Assembly: GCA_012295275.1 (NCBI GenBank)
Contig: CM022672.1
Location: 1,116,001-1,180,000, forward strand
Length of the DNA stretch: 64,000 nt
From: Chrysomallon squamiferum
Taxonomy: Eukaryota; Animalia; Mollusca
Direction: 5' to 3'
Part shown: positions 13,198-26,234 of the stretch, piece after piece
How positions within the stretch are numbered: the stretch's first letter is position 1
How the letters are laid out: the number at the start of each line of letters is the position of its first letter
Position numbers and translations under genes: made by a program
The notes under the pieces: model-generated
What the model was told of the DNA's origin: nothing
Seen by the model: the letters and a program-made list of their open reading frames with translations, nothing else
Databases searched by the model: none

Positions 13198-14257
13198 TGA
13201 CACAAACAGTAATATGAAAACAGTTTTTAGAAAATGACTTTGTATATGAATATTTTAAAATACTCTTTAAAACTTCACATGATACTATGGTTTTGTTAAT
13301 TAATATAAACCTGATAGTCTTTCCTCAGTGTATTTTCACTAACCTTCCAGCATATGCTTTAATATTTAATATAGCTAACAAATTAGCAAAGTTTTCAGGA
13401 TAATATAATCAATTTTCTCTCTAGTCAAATAGTCAACTTGACCTTTCATAACTCAAGCTGATTCAAAGAGAAGAAAAAAATAGAATTCCTATTTATTAAG
13501 GATATGACAACATCTTATAATAATTCTAACACTTCTCATTTGACCATATCTGTAGATTTTTCAATATTCAAAAAGAATGTGGTCAGTATTAACATACTTT
13601 ACTAATTGCTTTACCTTAAACATTGACGTCCCATGCAATCTGGCAACATGGACGCTATCTTTTTCAGCACTGAAATGACAAAAAATATTCAAATAAAATC
13701 TATATCAGTGATGGACTAATACTAGAAATTTAGGTTAAATTTAATAAGTAGAGGATCCTTAAGTAAACAAAAATAATAATGTAAAAAGTATATCTACTAC
13801 ATAAATTATATCAGTAAATGTGAAAACTTGTAGCACAAATGAAGAACTGATATCTTAAGTGATAAAAATAACCTACATGTCTACTTATATTAAGTGAGTC
13901 ATTAAATGTAAAATTATTTGTAATTTGTGAGCTTACCCTGTAATACTTGAGATATATTTCTCCAAACTCTCACAGGACTTTTCCAGATAATTCATGTTGA
14001 TGGAAATCTGTATCAACTGAAATACAAAACTGTCATTTAAAAAAAAAGAAGAGAGATAGTATAAAACTAAAATAAATATGAAAGAATGATGACTTAATTT
14101 TTAGTATGGAAATATCTTTTAATAACCAGGTATGTGTTTTCAACAACAGGTAATTTTTATATCCTATTCCAAACTCTGAGACGAACACTGTTCAGTTTTA
14201 AAACAAGTTTTAAGTATTTTGATCAGTTTGTCAAATGGGAAAAAATGTAAAAAAGCC

Positions 14258-14309
<52 letters not shown>

Positions 14310-16183
14310 CTGCCATTCAAAGCTGTTATGTAAGAAAAAAAAAAAAAAAAAAAAAAAAAAATTTAAAATAAAAAACATTTATCACTCTTATCCTTTCAAA
14401 AACAAAGATAAACTATATATATAAAAAAAAAAATTAGGACATTCACTTTACCTGAATTAAGCTGAGGTTGGGTTTCTTTATCAGGTTTGACAAGCAGCGA
14501 CTAAGTGTATTCGTGAGCAGCTGGTTGGCAGATTTCCGAATCATGTCATCAATTTCTGTATGGCTGAAATAAAAGTTAGTTATAATTACTGTTATTTTTA
14601 ATGAAGATTAAGGTTTTACTTTATAGGATTTTTAACCAATAAGAACTTTTTAATTTCTTTTTTAAATTACAGCATTAATTTATAATAAGAAAGAGAAAAA
14701 AAGAGGGAGAGGTAGAGGAAAAATGAATAGTAAACAAGAAAATTTGTTTTAGAGTATCATGTCAACTACAGCAATTCTAAAACCAAATTACCTTAAATGG
14801 AGATCAGCTGAGAATTTCAAACAAGCATTGATGTACTCCTTGACCTCATTGAAAATACTTGGCACAAACTTTGAATATGGAAACTGACGTGGAAATGGGG
14901 CCTGGAATAGATAATTATAAACAGTAACTATATTTTAACATATTGGATTAAGAATGAAAGTGGACATTTTGAATTATGAAAATGTTCATACTCCTTGTAT
15001 AAGCTTCACCATAATACCAGTACCATCTCCAAAGCTTGTTTGGCTACAAATACATATCTAGCTCAATTTTTGTAATCATGAGAAATGATTGTGAATTTAA
15101 GTACTTCTTCAATGTGAAGTTCAGAAATATCTTCAGTATTGAGCAATATTACTAGTACTCAATAATGTACTTCTTGTAAAATAAAATATGTACATATATA
15201 TTAAATCTGCTGCCATTGTTTTTTTCATTTGCCCTAACTCCTCAATAACTTGAATAAGATGAAGAGAAACCTTCTCATAAGCTTGTCAACAAATATGCAC
15301 TGGTTGCAAGAAATAAATATTAATCAACTAGGAACAAAAAATATGTACATAAGACTTATCAAAGGTATAGTTTTTTAGAATCACCTCGTAAAGACTTTCG
15401 TCTGGACAAGGCATCTGTGAAGTGATTTCTACAAACTCTTGTTCACTCTCACAGTAAATGGGTGTGTAGTTGTCTTTCCGGAAGATATCATTAAAAACAT
15501 CAACCCACTGTTCAGACAGAATCTCACTGTATCTGTCCCTGTAAACAAGAGATAAAAATGAATGAGAGAGTTTTGAATGTCACAGATTTACAGACAGGAA
15601 AAAAAATTATTAAAAATTTAAGGAAGAACAAGGATACTAAAGAGAAAGAGAAAATAGGATAAAAATACAGAGAAACAGAGAAAGCAAGAGAAAATGAAGG
15701 AGTGAGTGAAAACAGAAATAAATGTAGATAATATAAAAAAGTTAGGAAAAACAGCAGAAGTTCCTGCTGTGTAAATGATAATGCTTAACTGCAATACTGA
15801 CCTCATTTCTAACAGAAGTTCCAGAAGTCTTCCTACACTGAAACCATAGCCCTGAAAATATAAACAAGTTCAGGTCAAAAAATAATTTAAAAAAACATGG
15901 TTATGTCTACAGATGATGATCTTTTGTTGTGAATCAATAACAAAATAGTATCAAGTCAATTTCAGCTCCCAATATTGCATTTTCTCTTGATTTATTATAA
16001 TATGAATTTATGTCTGTTATCAAAATCACTGACATTTTCATGGACACACTTTAGGAATCTTCAATATGTAATGTATGCTGATGATAAATGTATTTATTTA
16101 AAATGTCTGACATCTAAATTAATACCTATGTACTTGCAACACTTAAAAAACTATTCCTTTTTTCATTTTATATCTATCTGTAA

Positions 16184-16273
<90 letters not shown>

Positions 16274-19200
16274 GTCCTTAAAAGAATTCAAAATTTTTAC
16301 TCACCTTTAAGGTGTGGCAAAAGAGAACTATCAATTTTTTAATCTCTAACATGAGACTGGCTACTTTACAAGATTTCTGAAACACAATAAGAATAATAAT
16401 TACTGTATGATGTAAATGCCAAATTCATATGCAACGAGGAAATTATATACATCTAGTTTTGTTAACAAACAGTTTTACATCTACTATCATAAACAAAGAA
16501 AAACATGTCACCCATCACACATCCACAAAGGCTTTTTATTTCACATGTTTAACAAAGACTGTTGTTGTGCACAATCAGTAGAACATTTTAACATTTGCTT
16601 AGTGGAAATTTTGGAACAAAACTACAAATAAAGGCAATACAAAAAGATAAGAAAAATGAAACTACACATAAACTGATAGAGATGGATAGAACAAAATTAG
16701 AAACTTGGTCAAACATAATAAGAAATTCTTTCTTTACTTTTAAATAAAACGGAATAAATTTTAAATTAAAGATTCTAATGAGGATGAAATAATAAAAAAT
16801 AAATAAATGAAATGAAAAAAACAAACTAAAACTATAAAAACACAAAAACAACAACAATGAAAAACTAAGTATAAATTTAAATTTAAATATTCAGATATTT
16901 ATCTAAATAGTAACCATGTAATTTATTTTTATATCTGAAACTTTACACAAAAATAAAAATAAAAATATATATACTTTTTTAAATGCAGCAGTTATTATTC
17001 TAGTCTCAAAAAACAAGCCTTAATTTGCATCAGCAATTATTAGAATTTAAATATGAATTTAACTGTATACCATTTATTTTATTTTGTAATCAATTATTTA
17101 AAACCAAATTTTATTTTTTAATTCTCTAAATATCCCACTAAAATATTGTTATCAATGAAATGAATTGAATTAAAATTACAAAACTGACTACAGATTTATT
17201 CCTGGCAGAAGCTATTTATTATATTTAAATTTATTTTTATTATTGTTATTATTGTTATTATTATTATTATTATTATTTGTTTTGTTTTATATTTTTTTTT
17301 TTTTCAAAATAAATAAATCAATAATGTTTTTATTTTATTTTTTATTTATAATAATAATAAATAACTGAATACATCAATAAATCATTAAAAAACTGAACCA
17401 AAAATTAAATAAAAATTTCAAATACAAGACAAGGGACATGCATAATATAGAAATTAGAAATTTATATCATGCATATATTGAAAAAAGGCCTATTAGTTTA
17501 TATCACATGCATTCTCGTAATACATATATATTAATATTCAAGCACAATGTAAATAAATGAGTTTTATTTACAGTAAATATAAAAAATCTGGCACTGTTGT
17601 ACACAAAATCTACTTGTATAAATACTGCTTTATTATTAATTATTACAATATCACATATAAACAGATTATAAAGATGTTGGCCTTAACTGGATACAATTTT
17701 TTTTTATGCCAGTCTTTAAAGCCAAAAGTCTGCTATAAGCAACTGTCTGCTACATTAAGATATTCAAGGATAGAAATAATGAATCATTTTAACAAATGCC
17801 TAAAGTGAAGATAAATTTCTGAAAAACAACTGGTCTTAGACATATTTAAACTGAAGGCACCAGTCTTTTTTTTTATTGTTAATATATTATTACATTGTTA
17901 TTACAATTCTTTTTATTAGAGAGTACAAAATAATCAATGGAACTGTTTTTAAAATGTTGTGAGTTTGGAATGGTGACTAACAATTTAATTTTTACATGCC
18001 ACCATGTGTAAGTATTTCATAGATTTTCCATTATGCCTTGGAAACCTAGAAAATACTTGACAGGAAAAGGTCAAAGGTTGAATCATGCCTTACTGAAATA
18101 CCAAATGGACAAAACAGAATTATCAGTCAGCTAAATGTAATGAATGCTGTATTTAAAATTGAAAAGACAATTATTTACAAGTGAAATAATCTGTTTCTTT
18201 TTCCCAGGTGACTGATCATAAATGTAAAAAATAAATAATTTATTTCTTTAAACAAGAAATTGAAGAATTTTATATATTATCTAAAAACACCACCAAAGAA
18301 CAGCAGTGAAATAATACATACAAATATAAATAATTATTAAATGATATAGATTTTAGAGAACAGTGGTATGACAAACTGAGAAACCAAATGTGTACATTGT
18401 ATGTATATGTGTCTCTTGTATTGATATATTTTATCTTATTCTAGCACAGCAAACCATTAATATAGAGAAATAATAAATGAATAACCATCACATGCTGTAA
18501 TGTGGAAGAATCTAAAATGGTGAAACAGTTTTAGTCCAGATACACTGTAAAAATAAGACTAATAGTAAATCAGAAAATATCTGTGATCAACAGAATAACA
18601 GAGATTATAAAATGATAGTACAAAACCTTTTAATATCATACTGCTATATACAAACTAAGATTTATTAAAAGAAAATTTTTAAACTGTATATATCTTTAAA
18701 AAGTAATATATTTATTGCAGTATTTTAATTGCATTGAAATAGTTAAAAAAAAAACATAAAAAAACACAACCAGTTTGGTGAATGGTTTTAAAGTTGACAT
18801 GATGAATCCAAATTTTGACTGCAACATTTAAAAAATTAAATTTCATTCAGTATAAGTAATTTTACACGGCTTTTGAGTTTTATTTACAACAACAGTAATA
18901 ATACTAATACTATATTAATAAAAGAAAAAATATTTTCTTGTAAAAGGTTACATATGTTCATATTTTAAAATCTGAATTGTTTACTTCATAAAATTTCATT
19001 TTGCTAATATACCATTGTTCCATAATTTATGAAATCATTAAATTTTGCTGAGAAGTTACACACACACACATTTTCTGATTTACAGTGTATGTGTATAATA
19101 TGATATTGATACAAAGGTGGATAATAATAAAAAAAAATATTGTTAATAAGATTATAAAAGATTAAAATACAAAGGTTTCAAGCTGGTAGTACTACCTGTG

Positions 19201-22200
19201 CATTCCAAGGTGTTTGGTTGGCAAGTTTTGTCTGTGCGACAGAAACATTCAAAATTTCATACAACATAGATCTAGCACAAAATATATTAAGAATACCCTC
19301 AATACTTCTTGTTTACTGAATATGATGCTCTTTTCCTTGAAATCCAAGACAAAATTAAGTATTATAAAAAAAAAAAATCTGATTCTGAAAAAGTTTCTTC
19401 TAATAACCAGTACTACAGTATTCTAATCTGTATATTTAATACTGGTATTGATTAATAGATGCTCACACTAGCTGTATTACAAATTTGCTAAATTATTATT
19501 ATTATTGAAATTGTAATTTTGACTAAAGATTTGTAAGATAAGAAAGTAAAAGTGATAACTGAAACTACAATAATTTCATACCTATTACATTAAGGAGAAA
19601 AAGAAAAAGTGCTTCTTTTTGTGTGTGATAAATAATATATACATATAATATATACTTAATAAAAATAGGATTGAAAGTAGAATATATAATATGAATGTTA
19701 GAAAAAAAATGTTAGAAATTAACACATTTTAGTTATTACATTATGACAGGAAGACAGAAATAATAAAAATAATTCATGGACAATGATTAAATATATCTGG
19801 CCTTATTTGACTAGTTTATAATACTTTCTCATAAAAAAAAAGCTAACTTACAAATGATTCATCCTTGACAAAATAAATTTAAAAAATATATATATATATA
19901 TATAAAATAAATATAGTTTACTTTTAAAAGAAAAGATACGCTGTCAGTTTATAATTACAAATGATTAAATGAACACATGAAACTACATCTTCAAATACCC
20001 ACCCCAAAAAAAGAAAAAAAAAAAAGAAAAAGAAGAAACTGGTAAATAGTTGTACTTAAATTAATTCATCTTTAAAAGAAAAAAATTGATTAAAAGGTTT
20101 GTTATTGTAACTGACAGAAGTGTGATGTAGCTCAGTGCCGAAGAGCTGGCTGCTTACAGATCGATTCTTCTTAAGGGCATGGCACACATGTGAATATATC
20201 CTATTCTAGCAATGGCACTTAACTTGTTTATCCTCTACATGGTGTGTGTATTCCTATTTACGGGAATCTGTTTATGAAAGGTCCCTCACTGTTAGTGTCA
20301 GTTAAATGAATTTGTTTTAAAATATAACACCAAGTAATTATGATAATGAGTCCAGAAAATTGTAAAACAAATTGTGTATCTTGTTTATAACAGTTCAAAA
20401 TAAAAACAAAAATAACAAAGCCATAATTCTAACAGAATGACATAAAAATAAGTTTAAAGCAAAACTGCACTGACTGATTTGTTGGAAGCAATTTTAAGAG
20501 GCAATTTGTAGACAGTTTCCAAAATATAAGCAAAATACCGTGTCATAGTTAAAAAAATTCCACACTTTTAATAAATAAAAAGAAAAGCATTGTCAAATAT
20601 TATTTTTTTTAATAAATTTTAAATTCTGCAAAAATTCTAAAAAAAAAAAAAAAAATTAAAAAAATGTAAAATTTATTTATGATTTTTATTATTAACAAAA
20701 ACAAGTTTAACAAATTTATCAGTTGTTTATGAATAAATGACCTAAATATATTTTATCTATTTCACACTGTAAAATTTTTACTTCAACCTTTGCTAATAAT
20801 AAATATGATGATAGTAAAACATGTAAAACAAGCATTAAGGTTGATATTTTCCCTTATTATGTGATATTACTTAGTACAGAGAAAGGTGTTTAAAAAAAAA
20901 AAAAAAGCATAAAAAACGATTTAAAAAAACCCTTTAGAAATTAGAGTTTTTTAAAAGAAAAAAAGAAATACAAAGCAAAAATGTAAAACAAGATAAATAA
21001 TTCATCATGGGCTTGTCACATTCAAACTTTATTATTAATAAAGGTTGGTATCAATATCTAATAAATCATTTTTTAAATAGCACCTAGAACGAATACAACA
21101 TATATTTAGGCCATCTGTTCAAGATCACCTTTAACATAAACAACTAGAAGGTAGCATTTCACAACAGAATTACTTAACATTTACATATTCATCTTAAACA
21201 GAAGTGGAGACTTACAGAAGTTGAACGTAAGGTTGCTACTATTTTCTCTACAGCTTTCTCCCACAGTTCATCCATGTACGCTCTGTTGACTAGTCCCTGG
21301 GATGTGTGAAGTATGTGATCTTCTACAACAAAGAAACTGCAGGAAGAAAAAAACAACATTTCTTTTACTCTCACAATAACTATTCAAAATATTTGGACTT
21401 ATAAGGGACCAAAAAAAAAAAAAAAGAAGTAAGAAAACGTTTTCTTCAAACTACATTATAAAATGTAATGGTATATATAACCTACACAAGTAATGATCTG
21501 CACAAAAAGGCCTGTATCTACAGCCATGAATAAACTGTAATTAATGTAAATTATAATTAGACTGAAAGAACAGATTCCAATTCACTTGCATTTCTAACTT
21601 ATAATGCTATATACAGCTGTAATAATTAACAACACAAACCCTTATTCATTATTAACAGTATTGTTTTCATAGTATGAAATAATAAAAATCTCACCCTACA
21701 ATTTCTTGAAAATAACGTCTGTAGGCATTTGCACTTTCATGCTATAAAGAAAATAAGAAAACTTTGTGAATAATCGATACAAAACAAAATATAATTAAAT
21801 AGTAGAGACTGTGACCTGCTTGAACAGTGAGGATACCTAACTGCTGATAATGTTTTTTTTTACATATGTTTAGCACCAGCATTGATTACTTTTGTCAGTT
21901 TGGATGTTTTGGTTTTGTTTGTTTTTTGACATTCTCTGATAATTTTAACAATAAAAGAATGGTATGTCATTTAATTTTAATCAAATGTTTTTGCTTCTAA
22001 TATGTATATTTTTTTAATACTGCTAAAACAAAACAAAAACAAAATGATCACCTGTCATCTTTAAAAAGCAATAATTTGTAGTTTCTTAATGGACTTTTTG
22101 TGGGAATGTGTCACTTATATGAAATGAAAAAAACATGGATGGTCATAGTTCTGTTGATGATAAATTAAAATATAAAACAGCCATAATAAATCTATACATC

Positions 22201-25199
22201 AATAGAAAATAATATTAATTTGAAGAACAAATCTCATTTTACTTACCATTCCTGGAGGTGGTTGAAGAGATAATCTTGCTTGCTTCCACCTTTGTTGGCG
22301 ATAATAACCTTCAAACTTTTCTTTATCACCCTAGATTATTAAATAATTAAACAATCAATATTAACAATAATATTTTCAGATATGGAATCTTTTAACATTA
22401 TGGTCAATATAAAGATAATAATGCCAACCAATAAGAATGTTTTTATATATATATACACATACATATATATACATACATATACACGAACATATATTCTGTA
22501 AAATTAATATGTAAATTTATACTGTATGCTTAGAACAAAGTTGTGAATCTACTGAACTTTCTTCTCTTGATATCATAATTTGTGAGTTATGTTTGTACAA
22601 CTGACTCACCAGAACTGAATAAATATGCAAACACCGATAAACTGGAGAGAAATCAACCATGTCTTGGGCACTCAGTTCCTGCAAAATAATTTATATTTAT
22701 TGTTTGATTAGCCTGAAAAAATTATATATTGTAATGAAAACATTTCAAGCAAATCAGTTACATTTCTAAAACATGTGTTAGATACAGGAAAATAAATGTA
22801 AATTTTACTTTACCTCTTCACCTTCAAAGGAATCATTCCTAATCACTTCCGCGACATACTCCACTTCCCCAGTGAAAGGATTTGGAGGGGGTGGGGCTCT
22901 CCGCTTCTTGGACTTTAGTGTAGCTAATGATGGATCAAGATTATTCTGTTCTGCTGCCTGCAACAAATAAAACAAGATAATCCTCAAAATCTAAATCAGT
23001 CAGTTCTGTCACTGTGTAGGAAAATACAATCACCAGTCATGACCTATTGGTCGATTAATTAGTATTAACGACAAAAAAATTACAGCAAATGGTCCTCAGA
23101 AATCTCTAAATAAATTAAACTTGACAGCTTACATAGACTGAAGCTTTCACTGATTTTTCTTTTTTAAATTAAATAATAAATTCTAGATTCACATAATAAA
23201 CTGCACACTAAATAATTTTAATTTAAAAATTTATTAAAAAATAAAGAGATGTAGAAAATAAGTTAAAAACAACTTAACAAGACAAAGATAAAATGACTTC
23301 CAGAGATCAGATCTGAACATGATCTTTAAAATCAAACACTCTTACATGTTTCATAGCAAGTTCTCCAATCTTAGTTGAATGTTTTCGAATGCTTTCTAGA
23401 AAATCTTTCAACTCGATCATGGAAGCCTCTTTAATTTGTTCTCGCAGTTTTGGGATTGCCTCAGACATAGTTTCTGAAAACCAGTGACTCATTACTCTTG
23501 GCAAATATGTGTGTTCCAACTGTTCTAATGTTTTCAGGGCTGGGTAATATCTGAAATAGAAACAATTAATTGGAAAACACCAAGCAAGCACAAGCTGAAT
23601 GATTAAGTGTCTTTAAGTCTGGGTAATATATTAAACATAAAGGAATTTTTGTAATTCAGAGTATTAGCAGGTTTAAGGATGTCATATAATTAATCATGTC
23701 TTTTAGGCTTGACAGTATGTAAACATTTTAATTCAGAATACAGACCATTAACTTATTTTGTTCAATTTACCTGCATCTATATGTAACAATTACCTTTTGC
23801 TTTTCATTTGTTCTTGCAATTTGCCATACATCTCTAGAACTAAAACAGAAAAACATATATATTTTAAGACACGTCTAACTTAATTTGAAATTATAAAATA
23901 TATCCCAAGGTTCTAAATAATAATAAAAATGAATAGCTATTTTCTCTATTTAATATGTCCAATAAAAAGTGATATTTTTACATTTGCATACTAGTGATTT
24001 CTCAAATAATACAGACAAAAATATTAATAACAAATAATAACTAAAATAAAAAAAATATGTTATTTCAGAAAAGGAAACAATTATGGAGATATTTATTTTT
24101 CAAACAGTAATTTACTTTAAAATTTACTATTTACCTGGTAAACAAAGTGACAAATTCTCTATTGCAGCAGTGATATTCTTCTGGATTTTGCGAAACTTGA
24201 CAAGACAATCTCCTTTGACCAGCAAAGGATAACAGGATGACTGAAGTTCTCTGTCAACACTACTGATTTCATCCTAAACAATTAAATAATCAGAATACAA
24301 ATTTAATGATTCTTAACGTGTGCGTAACTGTTACAAAATTTATTCTATTAGCAGTTTTTGCAACTTTCTGTTCCATAATCTTGAAAAAAAGGAAAAAAAG
24401 AAATCAGAATACATAACACTAGTATAGTAGCAATAAAGTCGTAATGAAGTACTACACTAATAGTAATATAATATAATATTATAACTGATGGTTACAAAGT
24501 AAAACTGAAACTATAATTTTCTTAACTGCAACATACATATTAACAGCTGAGCATTTTAAATATTTATTTTATTTTGTCTCTAAATAAAAAGAAAAAAGAA
24601 AGAAAGAAAACAAATAAAAAGGAAAAACACAATATCAGGTTATATTTTATATTAGTTACTTTGAGTTCTGCAGCATCACCACTGACTTGTTGTAATTCAC
24701 GAATCGAGTCAATGAATCCCTGGTAGTGATAGTTACACATACGTTCAATCTCTCTGTCATGACTTTTAATTCGTTCATTCAACCGTTGCTGAAATTTTTC
24801 CAATGCATCACCATCGTAAACAGCTCTGTAAAAAAATGATCATAATGTGATAAATTACATAAATATGATACATTCCTCTAACAGTGAGAATATCAGAGAA
24901 CTTGATACACTCTGAAATTTCAGCATTAGGATGAATATTCTTTTTATTTTATTTATTTGTAAGTTCCATCCCATGTACTGCATTGAAAACATATAATAAA
25001 ATTAATGTACTAGCAAAGAACAATGGCTTTGGTAAGTAGTCTGTTATAAAATATTTAGAGACAAACTTGCTTTTATTACATTTTTCATGATGAAACAACT
25101 TTATATGTCTACACTGGTCATGCAATAACCAAAACAAAAATTGGTTCCACATCTCTTAGCTCACTATTATCATATCCTGTTATTTTTCTTATTAATTAT

Positions 25200-25241
<42 letters not shown>

Positions 25242-25243
25242 TA

Positions 25244-25292
<49 letters not shown>

Positions 25293-26234
25293 AAAAGATT
25301 TGTTGAGAAACAACAGAAAGATTATATATTTTTAAAATATTTTATAAAGCATGAAAGATTTCTGCAATCCAAATACATTACTGATTTCTTTCAGTGATAT
25401 CAAACAATTAATAACTGCTTACATTAAAAACATTATGCAAATTAAAATGACAATTCTTGAATAACATCAAACTGTCCCTTTTAAATTTTTATTGTTTTGT
25501 TAAATACATACACACAAACACACACACACACATATATATATACTTAAAATGTTTTGTTTTTTTAATGTCAACTGTGTCTTCACAGAGTAGTGATCACTGC
25601 TAGTTTCAAAAAATAAGTTATAATAACAATGTTCCCTAATATTAATCTAAATGATTATGTCATATGTGTGCATACATTACACTGCCAACGGACTGAAAAA
25701 TATAATGAAACTTTTAATTAAACAATTTCTTGATGAAGAGTCTATCAGTGATTTAATACTTTGTATTTTACTTCAATACATGAACAATACTGTCAGCTGT
25801 CAGTGTCACTCAGCTCACTGTGTCAGATCTTGTGGCATATTATCATTATGATGTTGGTTCTTATCTAAAGTTACCTTCGTTAAAAAAATTGTGGATTTCT
25901 AAGGTCGTCATACTTTGCATTCAATCTTAAATTAATAACAATAATATCATATTTATAACAGTTTAATTAAAGTAACACTATTACTATTACTTGTATTAGG
26001 TTTCAAAATCCTGAGTTTGCAGTTTCAGGAAGTGACTTTTACAAGTTTTAGGAAATCAACATGTTTCTACCTCAACGTTGTAGCCAATGGACCTTCCGAC
26101 GTTTCTATTTCGGTAATCAAGTGATCATGGTGTGCATCTACTGCTTCCTGTCTCATAGAATAAATGGACTGCACTGTAACTTTCTGAGGCTTCCAAGAAG
26201 AAATCTGCTTATGGGGTGTAGCTTCCGCCATCAT
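8423..26234 (-). CDS. EXOC6: Exocyst complex component 6 (Sec15; EXOC6/EXOC6B co-orthologue), 23 constitutive coding exons, 821 aa
   Basis: All junctions are GT-AG with consistent phases, and the total is 2466 nt including TAG. Diagnostic peptides: HDREIERMCNYHYQGFIDSIREL, YYPALKTLEQLEHTYLPRV, QDMVDFSPVYRCLHIYSVLG, GFFVVEDHILHT, ARTACMSACQH, WDWSVYLADYG. Confidence 0.96.
9103..9215 (-). CDS. EXOC6: EXOC6 exon 22
   Basis: LIDLFINWDWSVYLADYGKQQSKYLRVPRHTAISLLEK. Confidence 0.95.
9761..9834 (-). CDS. EXOC6: EXOC6 exon 21
   Basis: QFAASETVPGSKDGTLQLAFADLRQ. Confidence 0.94.
9993..10134 (-). CDS. EXOC6: EXOC6 exon 20
   Basis: EKVARTACMSACQHIAATMMTFLQDNEIRQITMASLQQFNLDLIQCE. Confidence 0.95.
11235..11264 (-). 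CDS. EXOC6: Candidate alternative 30-nt EXOC6 microexon (YLTGEFEGEK)
   Basis: Minus strand: tttgctttag|TATCTTACTGGTGAATTTGAAGGTGAAAAG|gtatgt. It is frame-preserving, stop-free and lies in a phase-0 intron. Confidence 0.65.
12117..12223 (-). CDS. EXOC6: EXOC6 exon 19
   Basis: ANYDWMLLETHGHPSGYIMDLIAFLQSTFMSFTNLP. Confidence 0.95.
12841..12970 (-). mobile_element. Decayed tRNA-derived SINE fragment
   Basis: CTACTCTTTT...TTAGCAACAAG...TTTTATATGCCCCATCCCACAGAC resembles the body of a gastropod SINE recalled from memory. Related degenerate copies occur elsewhere in the window. Confidence 0.55.
13046..13118 (-). CDS. EXOC6: EXOC6 exon 18
   Basis: DARDDAEQHIYQSLNNKIDEFLEL. Confidence 0.94.
13127..13194. 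repeat. (AAT)n microsatellite abutting the EXOC6 exon 18 acceptor
   Basis: About 22 perfect AAT units, seen directly. Confidence 0.95.
13615..13669 (-). CDS. EXOC6: EXOC6 exon 17
   Basis: AEKDSVHVARLHGTSMFK. Confidence 0.92.
13937..14016 (-). CDS. EXOC6: EXOC6 exon 16
   Basis: LIQISINMNYLEKSCESLEKYISSITG. Confidence 0.94.
14452..14563 (-). CDS. EXOC6: EXOC6 exon 15
   Basis: HTEIDDMIRKSANQLLTNTLSRCLSNLIKKPNLSLIQ. Confidence 0.94.
14792..14901 (-). CDS. EXOC6: EXOC6 exon 14
   Basis: APFPRQFPYSKFVPSIFNEVKEYINACLKFSADLHLS. Confidence 0.94.
15385..15538 (-). CDS. EXOC6: EXOC6 exon 13
   Basis: DRYSEILSEQWVDVFNDIFRKDNYTPIYCESEQEFVEITSQMPCPDESLYE. Confidence 0.93.
15802..15851 (-). CDS. EXOC6: EXOC6 exon 12
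   Basis: GYGFSVGRLLELLLEMR. Confidence 0.93.
16188..16270. repeat. (AG)n microsatellite
   Basis: Perfect AG run, seen directly. Confidence 0.95.
16305..16376 (-). CDS. EXOC6: EXOC6 exon 11
   Basis: KSCKVASLMLEIKKLIVLFCHTLK. Confidence 0.92.
20121..20292 (+). mobile_element. Decayed tRNA-derived SINE
   Basis: A-box-like GATGTAGCTCAGTG and B-box-like GATCGATT, followed by a body similar to the reverse complement of 12841-12970. Confidence 0.5.
21216..21336 (-). CDS. EXOC6: EXOC6 exon 10
   Basis: FFVVEDHILHTSQGLVNRAYMDELWEKAVEKIVATLRSTS. Confidence 0.95.
21695..21741 (-). CDS. EXOC6: EXOC6 exon 9
   Basis: HESANAYRRYFQEIVG. Confidence 0.92.
22247..22330 (-). CDS. EXOC6: EXOC6 exon 8
   Basis: GDKEKFEGYYRQQRWKQARLSLQPPPGM. 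Confidence 0.94.
22610..22678 (-). CDS. EXOC6: EXOC6 exon 7
   Basis: ELSAQDMVDFSPVYRCLHIYSVL. Confidence 0.95.
22814..22957 (-). CDS. EXOC6: EXOC6 exon 6
   Basis: AAEQNNLDPSLATLKSKKRRAPPPPNPFTGEVEYVAEVIRNDSFEGEE, phase 0-0. Confidence 0.9.
23346..23550 (-). CDS. EXOC6: EXOC6 exon 5
   Basis: YYPALKTLEQLEHTYLPRV...LKDFLESIRKHSTKIGELAMKH. Confidence 0.95.
23794..23839 (-). CDS. EXOC6: EXOC6 exon 4
   Basis: VLEMYGKLQEQMKSKR. Confidence 0.93.
24135..24273 (-). CDS. EXOC6: EXOC6 exon 3
   Basis: DEISSVDRELQSSCYPLLVKGDCLVKFRKIQKNITAAIENLSLCLP. Confidence 0.93.
24660..24825 (-). CDS. EXOC6: EXOC6 exon 2
   Basis: AVYDGDALEKFQQRLNERIKSHDREIERMCNYHYQGFIDSIRELQQVSGDAAELK. Confidence 0.95.
26071..26234 (-). 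CDS. EXOC6: EXOC6 coding exon 1
   Basis: MMAEATPHKQ...MRQEAVDAHHDHLITEIETSEGPLATTLR, donor AG|GTAGAA. An alternative in-frame ATG lies at 26156. Confidence 0.85.

Noticed and set aside
14992-15043. 52-nt exon-like segment in EXOC6 intron 13
   Set aside because: It has a weak pyrimidine tract, shifts the frame and has no homology.
20121-20175. tRNA gene
   Set aside because: Only degenerate A and B boxes are present, with no cloverleaf. It is better explained as a SINE head.
23133-23137. cag|TCTAT|gtaagc mini-exon pattern in EXOC6 intron 5
   Set aside because: It is 5 nt long (frameshifting) and the upstream region is purine-rich with no pyrimidine tract.
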